DNA of 64,000 nucleotides from the IMG/VR virus record IMGVR_UViG_3300007735_000783, positions 6,877 to 70,876 of that record; one strand, written 5' to 3'. The stretch comes from a virus. The notes under the pieces were generated by a model that saw only the letters and a list, made by a program, of their open reading frames with translations, was not told the DNA's origin and ran no database searches. The translations under genes were made by a program, and so were the position numbers. This document shows positions 47,401 through 57,172 of the stretch, piece by piece; positions within the stretch are counted from its first letter, which is position 1, and each line of letters opens with the position of its first letter.

Positions 47401-47947
47401 TGTAATTCTTGAAGCACCTATTATGAGTGCTAATAATTTTGCTATTGTTGCGAAGTCTTTTGGAACTGTGGAAATTGAAGCAAATCCAAACAGCAATAAA
47501 TTTACAAACATTTCCAACAATGGAACTATTGGTTTTGTAAATACTGGAGAAGTATTGATTCGTGACAGTTACGCTCAACTGTTATCAAGTGGATATCAAG
47601 CGGGCTTCTACTATGCAGGAACTTCTAAATTGGTTGTTGAAGGTGATGTTCGTTCTATCGGCTTAACTGGCGGAACAGGACATTCTTCGGCTGCTGTTGG
47701 AGGTTCAGGTGGAGCATCAGGAAACAGTTCTGTGCAATCATTCTTGACTGTAAGTTCAAATTCGGCAGGAGATCTGTATATAAAGGTTGGTTCTGGAAGA
47801 ATTGGAGTTTATGTACCATCAACATCAAGTATAGGATCTTATGTACTAAACACTGGAGGAGGAGGAAGACCCTCCTATGGTCCTAGTAATACTTCTGGTG
47901 GTGATGGTACAATATCAACATCTCTACCTATAATTGAAGCACGGTAA
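44453..47947 (+). CDS. Fibre protein with phage tail-collar domain and collagen-like stretches
   Basis: PVGSIVPYVG..LPAGWLVCAG..Y.ALYDIVG; FFLPDLRGRTVVGAG..GGEENHYLTENELPSHSH..HENMPPF..NWIIRY; GARGATGAQGIQGSTGPTG. Confidence 0.8.
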   Translation: MPRYNRLSTIYVQSAASQVGLKDTFTQPGHNLQPGTAVFVNSSGNLEAGIASSISKSNIIGIVESVNGSDVVVVYQGNVEFPAGATSSYTKFPLVTGNTYYLSDAVTGGITAGYSTSSTSSLIKPILVPYTGYSGIVINSLPLSTTPLVSLFTPVGSIVPYVGGGSDLPAGWLVCAGDSLEKSGSYYNALYDIVGEKYSIQGLANSSTTGQTASVYFNSSVYDAPTEGPGSSKNHSILNNEVYKMVWGTNQTVVQVYSATGTTNNVTFKYLSSITGSTSFNNLTTGTQITLKSLLNGEASGYTSSKFFLPDLRGRTVVGAGTALSLSSRTPGDVGGEENHYLTENELPSHSHAIQLMNSTGVSGSASYLIGATNGNVSSYLSSYPQAQAAFSSATGGGDDHENMPPFGVANWIIRYKTNEGQPGIEVGPKGARGATGAQGIQGSTGPTGSIGVTGAGLGVINYTYTNVSSIPDGCFSFDYASSGGYLRLSAVEHSSADVGDYIATVMTNNNTQRAGIVVIRPVVNSSSFLRIYELAPSYTVVNGNGLGTVTTHYRLNIQNILATLGDPVLGQLYSVTILPSANEGSVGAQGATGATGSQGVAGVTGDKGATGECGCTAGYYRSTFPTIYVSPAGDPEPDLGSVGPHNFSSSQYAPTLYSRFISDLDGNWGSTKYSEETDPLWQIPALKRYFNSAISVTSQPCGGNCKGSSGYISLCDVARDSDSSNYYTPPKETNIVLTKDSENSVFSNTKTNIVNGCKVNVYASSDSFFSKIPTGLSAGLLATAYGSTGRNRLVVDVFMDTLNVAAGNYIGIRPEYFALTLTASATGPQSLAGIYKIDSISSGIARAYTDVPFGISGSDVFRGYITGGASNDLRQVDIYTVSVNFTDCSGYLVNSGELSLGLSTQGDPFVISFEGTTASSQAAKAVVSTGSGLVRIGDNMAFYGWPEYGSALYATRNGSIESKNNLFSRCKGTAIQSDRNGSVILEAPIMSANNFAIVAKSFGTVEIEANPNSNKFTNISNNGTIGFVNTGEVLIRDSYAQLLSSGYQAGFYYAGTSKLVVEGDVRSIGLTGGTGHSSAAVGGSGGASGNSSVQSFLTVSSNSAGDLYIKVGSGRIGVYVPSTSSIGSYVLNTGGGGRPSYGPSNTSGGDGTISTSLPIIEAR

Positions 47948-47953
47948 AATCAT

Positions 47954-48481
47954 ATGAAATTTGAAAGACTACATTCTGGTGACTTTTTGATTGACGGAAG
48001 ATTAATCCGAGCATCTGCTTTTATGATGCTAGAACCAAATTACTCGGAACCAATCGGAACACTATACCTAAAATATGAAAATGATGGTTCTGCACCGTAC
48101 AGAATGATTAAAAACAAAGAAACACAGTATAAAATATTTGGCGTTTGGGAAGATGGAGAAAGATACTGTAGAAGAGTAAGCGACTTAAATAAATTATCAT
48201 CTTCAATAGAAACCTCTATTAATTCTGAAAAAGCAGAAATCTCTGAAGATGTGAAAGCAGCATTAACTCAAAAGAAAATTTTAAGTTGCTTGGATAAAAG
48301 AAAACTAGAGTATCCTTCCATAGAAGAATTAGTTGTGGCTATGTGGGAAAACCTCATAGAGAAAAAGACAAAAGCCGATTCTGGTGTTAGTGAACTTCAA
48401 AAATTAAGAAAACAAATAAGGGATAAATATCCTTCGGAGAACACAAATGCCCTCAGTCAGAACGAGACAGAAACTAATTGA
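47954..48481 (+). CDS. Hypothetical protein, possibly fibre assembly/chaperone-like
   Basis: C-terminal RKLEYPSIEELVVAMWE...IRDKYP motif, commonly seen next to phage fibre genes. Confidence 0.5.
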   Translation: MKFERLHSGDFLIDGRLIRASAFMMLEPNYSEPIGTLYLKYENDGSAPYRMIKNKETQYKIFGVWEDGERYCRRVSDLNKLSSSIETSINSEKAEISEDVKAALTQKKILSCLDKRKLEYPSIEELVVAMWENLIEKKTKADSGVSELQKLRKQIRDKYPSENTNALSQNETETN

Positions 48482-49262
48482 TTATTGCTTGCGATCCTTA
48501 GGTTCGCCAGTAATTGAAGTTAATGTAGACGAAGATCAAGTTCAAGATCGCGTTGATGACGCTATTCGTTTCTTTTCCGAATATCATTTTGATGGTGTAG
48601 AACAGGTTTATTTGAAGTATAAAATTCAACCTGAAGATATCGGCAACAGATACATCTCTATTAAAGCCGACAATCCAGGATTTCAAACCTTAGATAGAGA
48701 TTTTGCAAACGCTGAAGATCCAACTGCTGCTGATATTCTTCTAGAAGATCTTATCACAAGTGTAACAAAGATATGGCATATCACAGCACAGTCTGTAGGT
48801 ATGTTTGATGTTCGTTATCAGTATGCTTTGAATGATTTGTATACCTTTGGAACCATTGACTTGGTTCAGTACGATCTAACACAACAATACCTTTCACTTT
48901 TGCGTCAATACTTGTCGCCAGAGAAAATGGTTAACTTTAGTCGTGTCACCAACAAACTGTATGTAAACATGGATTGGAAGTTTGTTAGTCCCGGTCAATA
49001 CTTCATTATTGAAGCGTATCGTATTCTTGATCCACGAGTTTATACAGAAATATACGAAGATCGTATGTTAAAGAAATATCTTACTGCTTTAATCAAAAAA
49101 CAATGGGGTATCAATTTAAGTAAGTATAGCGGTATTAAACTTCCAGGTGACATAACATTTAATGGTGACAAAATCGTATCAGAAGCAAAAACTGAAGTAG
49201 ATGAAATTGAAAAAGAACTGATTGCCAAGTACGAATTGCCAACCGATTTTATGATGGGATAA
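48447..49262 (+). CDS. gp13: Neck protein gp13
   Basis: LIDYCLRSLGSPVIEVNVDEDQ..DRVDDA..EYHFDG; YLTALIKKQWG.NLSKY.G.KLPG..NG. Confidence 0.93.
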   Translation: MPSVRTRQKLIDYCLRSLGSPVIEVNVDEDQVQDRVDDAIRFFSEYHFDGVEQVYLKYKIQPEDIGNRYISIKADNPGFQTLDRDFANAEDPTAADILLEDLITSVTKIWHITAQSVGMFDVRYQYALNDLYTFGTIDLVQYDLTQQYLSLLRQYLSPEKMVNFSRVTNKLYVNMDWKFVSPGQYFIIEAYRILDPRVYTEIYEDRMLKKYLTALIKKQWGINLSKYSGIKLPGDITFNGDKIVSEAKTEVDEIEKELIAKYELPTDFMMG

Positions 49263-49265
49263 CCT

Positions 49266-50150
49266 GTGGCATTAAATCCGTACTTTAATAAATTCAAGAA
49301 TCTGCCAGAGCAGAATCTTATAGAAGATTTGACGGTTGAGGCTATCAAAATTCACGGGATGGAGATATTTTATCTGCCCCGTAATATGGTTCATAAAGAT
49401 GATTTTTTTGGAGAAGCACCTTACTCTAGATTTTCGTCTTTTAAAATGATTGAAATGTATATGGACACTACAACCGCATTTGAAGGCGGAGATACATTCA
49501 CCAAGTTTGGCTTTGAAATTAGGGACAGTGTAAAATTTACAGTTTCACGAAAGCGTTTCAAGCGTGAAACTGGAATGGAAAGACCGATGGAAGGGGATTT
49601 ACTGTATTTGCCTTTAAATAAAGGCTTGTTTGAAATTAAGTTTGTAGAACACGAAAATCCTTTCTATCAATTAGGTAAACTATTGTCTTTCCAATTAACA
49701 TGTGAACTGTTCCAATACAGCGAGGAGAAGATGAATACCGGAGTCCCAGAAATAGATGTGGTAGAGGACATCAACGGTTATAATATTACCCTCTCTCTAG
49801 GAGCAACCGGTGGAACAGGAACTTTTACAAAAGGCAATACAGTATACCAGTTCGGAAATGGAGCAATTACGGGTTCTGTGGAAAACGCAACTGCAAAGGC
49901 AACTGTGGTATCCTTCAACCCAAACGATCCAAACACTATTGTTCTTTCTAACATCGTCGGTAAGTGGTCAGAGACCACTATAAGCAAACAATACAAAATT
50001 ACCGATAACAACAGTATTCCTTCATATCGTATTGTAACAGGAATACAGGATAAGTTTGGTGATTTTGTTGATGATAGTAATAAACAAATACAAGACGAAG
50101 CAAATCAATACTTCAACTTCACCGAAAAACATCCATTCGGAGAACCTTAA
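49266..50150 (+). CDS. gp14: Neck protein gp14
   Basis: EQNLIEDL..EAIKIHG...YLPR; KFGFEIRD; RPMEGDLLYLP; FEIKFVEHENPFYQLGK; CELFQYS.E; HPFGE. Confidence 0.93.
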   Translation: MALNPYFNKFKNLPEQNLIEDLTVEAIKIHGMEIFYLPRNMVHKDDFFGEAPYSRFSSFKMIEMYMDTTTAFEGGDTFTKFGFEIRDSVKFTVSRKRFKRETGMERPMEGDLLYLPLNKGLFEIKFVEHENPFYQLGKLLSFQLTCELFQYSEEKMNTGVPEIDVVEDINGYNITLSLGATGGTGTFTKGNTVYQFGNGAITGSVENATAKATVVSFNPNDPNTIVLSNIVGKWSETTISKQYKITDNNSIPSYRIVTGIQDKFGDFVDDSNKQIQDEANQYFNFTEKHPFGEP

Positions 50151-50153
50151 TAA

Positions 50154-51011
50154 ATGTTTGAACATTTTTACCATCAAACAATAAGAAAAATTGTTGTGGC
50201 GTTTGGCGCATTGTTCAACGACATTTATATTTCTCGTTACGATGATGCAGGCGGTGAAGTGGAGCGCATAAAGGTTCCCATATCTTACGGCCCACAACAG
50301 AAATTCATTCGTAGACTGGCTAGAATAGGAACAGATTTTGATGCTACAAAGGTGAGAATAGAAAATTACTTGCCTCGTTTATCTTTTGAGTTGTCTAATC
50401 TAAATTACGATTCAACTCGCAAATTAAACACAATGAATAGAACAGTATTTTTTAATGCTGCAAACACATCAACTCTAAAAACTCGTTATGAACGAGTTCC
50501 GTATAACATGGATATAAATCTTGGAGTTATGACCAAGAATACAGAAGACGCTCTGCAAATAATAGAACAGATATTGCCATACTTTCAGCCAGAGTATACA
50601 GTTTCTCTTAAGATGAATGAACTTGATACTAATGTAAATGTGCCAATAGTTTTCAAGAATTGTATTTTGGGTGAAGGAGATGATGGTTCTTACGGTGGTT
50701 ACGATCTTAGAAAATTAACTTACGCCAATCTTTCGTTTACTTCTAAATTTTATCTGTATGGCCCAATTAAAGAACTCGGAGTCATTACAGATACCGGCGG
50801 AGTTTCTATTAATCCAGGAGGGGGAACTGGAGCAACTGGTGGAACTGGTGGAACTGCCGGTGGAATTAATATTATTGTGGGAGACGAAACTAGGGGTGCT
50901 ACTGCTGCAACTATCAGAGTATATGCAAATGAGGGAGTTACCGCAGGAGATTATGTTCCATTAGGCCCTACTGCACAGGAGTCTATTACTGAATTCCCTC
51001 CAAATGATTGA
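50154..51011 (+). CDS. gp15: Tail sheath stabilizer/terminator gp15
   Basis: FYHQTIRKIVVAFGALFNDI; KVPISYGPQQKF; LPRLSFE; DALQIIEQILPYFQPEY; YLYGP. Confidence 0.93.
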   Translation: MFEHFYHQTIRKIVVAFGALFNDIYISRYDDAGGEVERIKVPISYGPQQKFIRRLARIGTDFDATKVRIENYLPRLSFELSNLNYDSTRKLNTMNRTVFFNAANTSTLKTRYERVPYNMDINLGVMTKNTEDALQIIEQILPYFQPEYTVSLKMNELDTNVNVPIVFKNCILGEGDDGSYGGYDLRKLTYANLSFTSKFYLYGPIKELGVITDTGGVSINPGGGTGATGGTGGTAGGINIIVGDETRGATAATIRVYANEGVTAGDYVPLGPTAQESITEFPPND

Positions 51012-51022
51012 TAGGAGTTTAT

Positions 51023-51514
51023 ATGAATGGTGAATCAAAAGTTGATATGAATTTGAATGCTGCTATTTTTGGAGAAAAGATACCAGACAAAGGTGACAAG
51101 ATCGTTGTATCGGAACCTGTTAAAATATCTTCCTCTCTAACAGGAAATGCGGATGCTGACCGCGATTATCGTGAAGTTCGTGATAATCTAAAACGGGTTA
51201 TCATTCAGTCGGAAGATGCTATTCAAGGCGTACTTCAAGTGGCTCAAGAAACACAAAGTTCTAGAGCATACGAAGTGGCTGCTCAGTTAATTCAAGCAAC
51301 CCTTGAAGCCAACAATAAACTGATGCATCTACACAAACAACTCAAGGATATTAAGCGAGATGATCCTGTTAAAGCAGGAGGTAGTGTTACCACTACAAAC
51401 AACAATATCTTTGTGGGAAATACAGCAGAACTATCACGGTTCCTTCGTGCCCGAAAAGATTTGGAAACTGCAACTAAAGAGTTGCCGCCAGGAGATATTA
51501 TAGATGCCTCCTAA
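51023..51514 (+). CDS. gp16: Terminase small subunit gp16
   Basis: DY..VRDNL; RAYEVAAQLI; KLMHLHK; NNNIFVGNTAEL. ATG at 51023 follows AGGAG. Confidence 0.88.
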   Translation: MNGESKVDMNLNAAIFGEKIPDKGDKIVVSEPVKISSSLTGNADADRDYREVRDNLKRVIIQSEDAIQGVLQVAQETQSSRAYEVAAQLIQATLEANNKLMHLHKQLKDIKRDDPVKAGGSVTTTNNNIFVGNTAELSRFLRARKDLETATKELPPGDIIDAS

Positions 51515-53174
51515 AACAGGTATTGCTTATCTTGGTAACGCTCTGCTCAAAGGACCTGGAGTTAAAATTGAGTATACTCCCGAGCAGATGGAAGAGTATG
51601 TTAAATCCTCTGAAGATTTGGGTTACTTTCTTACTAATTATTTTTACATTCGTTCGCTAGACAAAGGCCCAATCCTGTTTGATCTTTATGATTTCCAAAA
51701 ACGATTCATTAAAGAGGTTCGTGAAAATCGCTTCACCATCTGTAAGTTTCCTCGTCAGACAGGAAAGACTTCATGTGTAACAGGAGACATCCTGCACATG
51801 ACGCAGTTTACTCCTGACTATAAGGTAGCGGTTCTAGCCAACAAGCAAAAAACTGCAACAGAAATTCTAGACCGTATTAAACTGGCTTATGAACGCCTGC
51901 CTATGTGGATGAAACAAGGCGTGGTGGAGTGGAACAAAACTTCAATCAAGTTTGAAAACGGTTCCAAGATTATTGCATCATCCACTTCAGCAACCGCTGT
52001 TCGTGGTGATTCGTTTAACTACATCATGTTAGACGAGTTTGCATTCGTTCCCAATAACATAGCCGACGAATTCTTTGCATCGGTATATCCAACTATTTCA
52101 TCAGGTAAAACTTCTAAGATTGTAATTGTGTCTACTCCCAAGGGTATGAACATGTATTACAAGATTTGGAAGGATGCGTTAGCAGGCAGAAATCCTTATA
52201 AAGCCGTGGAAGTTAAATGGTGGGAGGTTCCAGGTAGAGACGAAAAATGGAAAGAAACCACAAAGAAGGCTTTGGGATCTGAGCGTCTGTGGCTAGCCGA
52301 GTATGAATGCGAATTCTTGGGATCAGAGGACACGCTTGTAACTCCTAGCAAACTGTCATCTTTGGTTTATGAAGATCCAAAATTAACAACAAGAGATGGA
52401 TTGACAGTATACAAAGAGCCTGAAAAAGAACACACATATACTATAACTGTAGACACCTGTAGAGCGGTTGGTTTAGACTACCATGCTTTTATAGTTTTGG
52501 ATGTAACCAAAATGCCGTATACTGTGGTGGCTAAATTCAGAAACAATACGATGCCTGTGATGCTACTACCAAATATGATTACAACCGTTGCTCAAAAATA
52601 TAACAATGCTTATATTTTGGTGGAAACCAACGATACAGGTCAACAGGTATCGGATATTATGCACGAAGAATTAGAATATGAAAATTTGATTACAACAACC
52701 ATTAAGGGCAAAAAGGGACAACGAGCAACAGGATTCGGAGTAGGACGAGTTCAGTATGGCGTAAAGATGTCAAATCAGGTAAAGAAAACTGGATGTTTAA
52801 TTCTAAAGGAAATGGTAGAAGGCGACAAGGTAATCTTGAACGATTTTGACCTAGTATCCGAAATGTCTACATTCGTGTCTCACAAGTCATCCTACGCAGC
52901 CTCAGAGGGTTATAACGATGACTTGGTTTCGTGTATGGTTTTGTTTTGTTGGCTGTCAACCCAATCTTACTTTCGGGATTTGGTAAACACCAATATTCGC
53001 AAAAAACTAATGGAAGAAAAAATTAAAAAACTAGAGGAAGAATTGCTTCCGTTCGGGTTTTTAAGCACAGAATTAGACTCAGAAGAACAAGACAAGATTG
53101 ATCTTGGTAGAGAGGGCCCGAAAAGGGTTTTTGATGGTGGTGGCTTTGCAAATGGTGACAGTTCTGTGTTCTGA
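51504..53174 (+). CDS. gp17: Terminase large subunit gp17
   Basis: YLGN..LK; Walker A PRQTGKT; Walker B IMLDEFAFV; IVSTPKG; EYECEFLGS; YNDDLVSC. Confidence 0.97.
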   Translation: MPPKTGIAYLGNALLKGPGVKIEYTPEQMEEYVKSSEDLGYFLTNYFYIRSLDKGPILFDLYDFQKRFIKEVRENRFTICKFPRQTGKTSCVTGDILHMTQFTPDYKVAVLANKQKTATEILDRIKLAYERLPMWMKQGVVEWNKTSIKFENGSKIIASSTSATAVRGDSFNYIMLDEFAFVPNNIADEFFASVYPTISSGKTSKIVIVSTPKGMNMYYKIWKDALAGRNPYKAVEVKWWEVPGRDEKWKETTKKALGSERLWLAEYECEFLGSEDTLVTPSKLSSLVYEDPKLTTRDGLTVYKEPEKEHTYTITVDTCRAVGLDYHAFIVLDVTKMPYTVVAKFRNNTMPVMLLPNMITTVAQKYNNAYILVETNDTGQQVSDIMHEELEYENLITTTIKGKKGQRATGFGVGRVQYGVKMSNQVKKTGCLILKEMVEGDKVILNDFDLVSEMSTFVSHKSSYAASEGYNDDLVSCMVLFCWLSTQSYFRDLVNTNIRKKLMEEKIKKLEEELLPFGFLSTELDSEEQDKIDLGREGPKRVFDGGGFANGDSSVF

Positions 53175-53192
53175 TTCTAATAACTGTTTTTA

Positions 53193-53199
53193 CTAAATA
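53193..53199 (+). promoter_or_regulatory. Late promoter (CTAAATA)
   Basis: In the gp17-gp18 gap upstream of AAGGAG and the gp18 start. Confidence 0.65.
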
Positions 53200-53245
53200 C
53201 ACCTTGAAACCTTAATTTTATACTTCCTAACAAGGAGAACGATAG

Positions 53246-54967
53246 ATGGCATTCCAATTAAGTCCAGGCGTAAATGTAACAGAAAAAGATCTAACAACAA
53301 TCGTTCCTACTGTGGCTACAACTGCCGCAGGCATGGCAGGATTGTTTGAATGGGGCCCTGTAGGGTTGCCCGTTACAATCAGTAGTGTTCAAGAACTAGG
53401 AACCCTATTCGGAATGCCAAGAGACGGTAACGCCGAATGGTGGTTTACCGCTTATAACTATCTTGGATACGGTAGCAACCTAAAGGTTGTTCGTCATGTT
53501 GACGACACTGCTGCTAAAAATGCAACAATGGGTACAAAAACTCCGGTTTTGGTAAAAACCGTAGATGCTGCTCCTTCAACAGGAACAGTTGCTACAAATG
53601 GTCTTTTTGCTGCTCGTTATCCTGGCGAATTGGGAAATTCGTTGTGGGTAGATGTTTGTGGTTCTGCAATAACCGGATCAGGCGCAGGTGCAACTTTCGG
53701 AAGTTGGCAGTGGGCTGGTTTGTTTAGTGGAAAGCCATCATCTTCTGCTTACTCGGAAAGACTTGGAATATCAGAAAACGATGCGTTCCACATGGTTGTT
53801 GTTGACTATGCTGGTAAGTTCACAGGAACTCCTCTATCGGTTCTAGAAAAATACGAAAATATTTCTATTCATCCAGGTGCAATTAATCCTGATGGAACCC
53901 CACTTTTCTACAAGACAAAGATTAACGATGAATCTCGTTATATTCTTGCTCTAGGAAATCAATCATCAGACGATGTAACCAACTTTACAAGCGGTATGAC
54001 AGGTTACGGAACACCTACCGCATGGACAAGTACACAATCTGGTGGTGCTTACGCTGCTCGTATGAGTGGTGGTACAGGACAGTTCTCAGGTGTGGCAAGT
54101 ATTGCAGATGAAAATGGTGGATTCTATGCGTTTGGAGACGCTGACACCATTGATGTAAACCTATTAATGGGCGGCCCACTTTCAGGAAACAATGCACAAA
54201 AGGTTTGTGATATTGCAAAGGCAAGAAAAGACTGCGTAGCCTTTGTTTCATCTCCAAACAGCAATCCATCAGAAAGTTCAACCACAAAGGTAAGCAACTG
54301 CTTGACTCTAAGAACAGCAGTTGGTAACAACAACTACGCCTTTATTGATAGCGGTTACAAGTACATGTACGATCCATTCAACGATGTGTATCGTTACATC
54401 CCACTAAACGGCGATGTTGCAGGTTTGTGTGCTCGTTCAGATATCACAAACGATCCTTGGTACTCACCCGCAGGATTCAACCGTGGTCAAGTTCGTAACA
54501 CCATCAAGTTGGCTTTCAATCCAACCAAGACAGAAAGAGATTCAATCTACTCAAACGGTGTAAACCCTGTAGTGACTTTCTCTGGCGAAGGTACAGTTCT
54601 CTTTGGAGATAAGACTGCACAAACTCGTCCATCTGCTTTTGATCGTATCAATGTTCGTCGCCTCTTCATTGTTCTAGAAAAGGCAATCGCAACTGCTGCC
54701 AAGTATAGCCTGTTTGAATTTAACGATGCATTTACTCGCTCACAATTCAGATCGTTGGTTGAGCCATTCCTTCGTGATGTTCAGGCTCGTCGTGGTATCA
54801 CCGATTTTAAGGTTGTTTGTGACGAGAAGAACAATACATCACAAGTTGTTGACAGCAATCAGTTTGTTGCCGACATCTATGTGAAGCCAAATCGCAGCAT
54901 TAATTTCATCCAACTCAACTTTGTTGCTACCAAGTCGGGCGTTTCGTTCGAGGAAGTAGGAGCCTAA
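53246..54967 (+). CDS. gp18: Tail sheath protein gp18
   Basis: MAFQLSPGV..EKDLT; FEWGP; PWYSPAGFNRG; GDKT..SAFDRINVRRLF; KPNRSINFIQLNFVAT..GVSFEEV. Confidence 0.97.
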   Translation: MAFQLSPGVNVTEKDLTTIVPTVATTAAGMAGLFEWGPVGLPVTISSVQELGTLFGMPRDGNAEWWFTAYNYLGYGSNLKVVRHVDDTAAKNATMGTKTPVLVKTVDAAPSTGTVATNGLFAARYPGELGNSLWVDVCGSAITGSGAGATFGSWQWAGLFSGKPSSSAYSERLGISENDAFHMVVVDYAGKFTGTPLSVLEKYENISIHPGAINPDGTPLFYKTKINDESRYILALGNQSSDDVTNFTSGMTGYGTPTAWTSTQSGGAYAARMSGGTGQFSGVASIADENGGFYAFGDADTIDVNLLMGGPLSGNNAQKVCDIAKARKDCVAFVSSPNSNPSESSTTKVSNCLTLRTAVGNNNYAFIDSGYKYMYDPFNDVYRYIPLNGDVAGLCARSDITNDPWYSPAGFNRGQVRNTIKLAFNPTKTERDSIYSNGVNPVVTFSGEGTVLFGDKTAQTRPSAFDRINVRRLFIVLEKAIATAAKYSLFEFNDAFTRSQFRSLVEPFLRDVQARRGITDFKVVCDEKNNTSQVVDSNQFVADIYVKPNRSINFIQLNFVATKSGVSFEEVGA

Positions 54968-54970
54968 ATA
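54964..54970 (+). promoter_or_regulatory. Late promoter (CTAAATA) overlapping the gp18 stop
   Basis: Motif ~25 nt upstream of gp19, followed by AGGAG. Confidence 0.6.
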
Positions 54971-54994
54971 AAAAGGAAACAGGAGAACAGTTAA

Positions 54995-55627
54995 ATGGCA
55001 TACAGTCAATTTAGCATAGACGCATTTAGAGCAAACCTAATCAATGGTGGTGCAAGAGATAACCTTTACCTAGTATCAGGTGTATTTCCTGGTAGTGCAA
55101 CAGGTATCATCAATGCTGCCGCCAGTGTTGCTGGTGCTCTCTTTGGTGGAGCCGTAGCAGGAGCAATTACAAACACTGCTGCTGCTGTGGGTCTAAGCAA
55201 TCCAGGTGCTCAGGTTTCCTTCTTATGCCGTTCAGCAGGCATTCCTGCTGCAACTCTAGGGCAAGTAGAAGTAAACTACATGGGTAGAAAGTTAAAGTAC
55301 GGTGGAGACCGTGAATTTGCTGACTGGAACATCAAGTGCTATAACGATGGTGGATATCAGTTGCGTAAAGCATTTGAATCATGGTCAAACATCATCAACT
55401 CATATCAGGGCAATGTTGGCCCAAACAATATGAATTCTTACCTTTGTGACTGGTATGTACAACCACTATCTCGTGAAGGCAATCCAATTTGCACTTACAA
55501 GATGGTTGGAGTATGGCCAAAGGATGTTCAAGGTTACGAATTGAACTTTGATTCAAAGACCAACATCTCAGAGTTTGGTGTGGTGATGTCGTATCAGTAC
55601 CATGAACTTCAGGGCGTAACAACCTGA
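54995..55627 (+). CDS. gp19: Tail tube protein gp19
   Basis: GGAR.NL; FLCRSA.IPA..LG.VEV.YMGRKLK..GDREF..W; R.AFE.W; G.WP; EF.V...YQY. Confidence 0.93.
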   Translation: MAYSQFSIDAFRANLINGGARDNLYLVSGVFPGSATGIINAAASVAGALFGGAVAGAITNTAAAVGLSNPGAQVSFLCRSAGIPAATLGQVEVNYMGRKLKYGGDREFADWNIKCYNDGGYQLRKAFESWSNIINSYQGNVGPNNMNSYLCDWYVQPLSREGNPICTYKMVGVWPKDVQGYELNFDSKTNISEFGVVMSYQYHELQGVTT

Positions 55628-55654
55628 TTCAAAATTTAATGGAGTCTTTATAAT

Positions 55655-57160
55655 ATGGAACTCTTCGGCTTAAAAATTGAGAGGTCGAAGAAGCAGCAAA
55701 GCGACTTCAAGGCACTAAAGTCATTCGTAGTTCCAACTACGGATGACGGTGCAATTCCAGTCGAAGCAGGCGGCTTCTACGGTCAGTATGTGGATCTTGA
55801 CGGTTCAGTTCGTAATGACTACGAATTGGTAGCCAAATACCGTGAAATGTCAATGGATCCCATTTGTGAAACTGCTATTGACGATGTTGTGAACGAATCA
55901 ATTGTCTGTGAAGGCAAGCGTTCTCCTGTAAAGATTTTCTTCACCAGCGATCTAAAAGTTGGTGAGCCTATTAAAGATAAAATACAGGAAGAATTCAAAA
56001 ACATTCTTCGTGTCATGCAGTTTGAAACCAAGGGTTACGAAGTGTTTCGTCGTTGGTATGTGGACGGTAAGATTTACTTTCACATTATTACCGATGAGAA
56101 AAGAACCGAAAAGGGTATTCTTGAACTTCGTTTCGTTGATCCATTAAACATTCAAAAGATTCGTGAGTTTGAAAAAGAAACTCGCAAAGACGGCACGAAA
56201 ATCATTACTGGTTATCGTGACTTCTACATCTACAATAAAGATAATCCTCGTGCAGGTGGTAATGCAGCAGGCATCAAGATTAACGATGATGCCATTGCAT
56301 TCTGTTCATCAGGTCTGTTTGATAGTCGCTATCGCAGAACTGTTGGATTTATGCACAAGGCTATCAAGCCACTAAATCAACTTCGCATGATGGAAGACGC
56401 GGTAGTAATCTACCGTCTATCTCGTGCTCCTGAACGCCGCATCTTTTACATAGATGTTGGTTCGCTGCCTAAGACTAAAGCCGAGCAGTATGTCAAGGAC
56501 ATCATGGGCAAGTATCGTAACAAACTTGTGTACGATGCTAATACTGGTGAAATCCGAGACGACAAGAAGTTTATGAGCATGTTGGAAGACTACTGGCTAC
56601 CTCGTCGTGAAGGCTCAAAGGGCACTGAAATCAGCACACTTAGTGGAGCGCAGAATCTTGGCGAAATGACCGATGTGGTGTATTTCCAAAAGAAACTGTA
56701 TAAGGCTCTAAATGTGCCGGTATCTCGTTTAGAGCAAGACAAGGGGTTCCAATTGGGGCGTGCTGCTGAAATTAGCCGTGACGAACTCAAATTTAATAAA
56801 TTTGTCATTCGTTTGCGTAACAAGTTCAGTGAAATTTTCTACGATCTGCTACGCAAGCAGTTGCTGATGAAGGGAATCATCAAGCAGGACGACTGGGCTG
56901 GTATTAAAGAATGCCTGTTTTTTGATTACCTCAAGGATAGCCACTTTGTAGAACTCAAAAATCAAGAGTTGCGAAAGGGTATGTACGAGGAACTGAGCCA
57001 AGTTGAAAAATACATAGGTAAGTACTATTCACATTATTGGATTCGTACTCAAGTGTTGGCTATGAGTGAAGCGCAGATCAAGGAAATGGACAGTCAGATA
57101 TCTAAGGAGCGTAATGCAGGCTTGTATGCTCCAGATAACACGGTGTTCGGTTTACAGTAA
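55655..57160 (+). CDS. gp20: Portal vertex protein gp20
   Basis: RRWYVDG; HKAIKPLNQLRMMEDAVVIYRLSRAPERRIFYIDVG.LPK.KAEQY; EDYWLPRREG.KGTEI. Confidence 0.97.
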   Translation: MELFGLKIERSKKQQSDFKALKSFVVPTTDDGAIPVEAGGFYGQYVDLDGSVRNDYELVAKYREMSMDPICETAIDDVVNESIVCEGKRSPVKIFFTSDLKVGEPIKDKIQEEFKNILRVMQFETKGYEVFRRWYVDGKIYFHIITDEKRTEKGILELRFVDPLNIQKIREFEKETRKDGTKIITGYRDFYIYNKDNPRAGGNAAGIKINDDAIAFCSSGLFDSRYRRTVGFMHKAIKPLNQLRMMEDAVVIYRLSRAPERRIFYIDVGSLPKTKAEQYVKDIMGKYRNKLVYDANTGEIRDDKKFMSMLEDYWLPRREGSKGTEISTLSGAQNLGEMTDVVYFQKKLYKALNVPVSRLEQDKGFQLGRAAEISRDELKFNKFVIRLRNKFSEIFYDLLRKQLLMKGIIKQDDWAGIKECLFFDYLKDSHFVELKNQELRKGMYEELSQVEKYIGKYYSHYWIRTQVLAMSEAQIKEMDSQISKERNAGLYAPDNTVFGLQ

Positions 57161-57172
57161 CGGAGAATTTAA

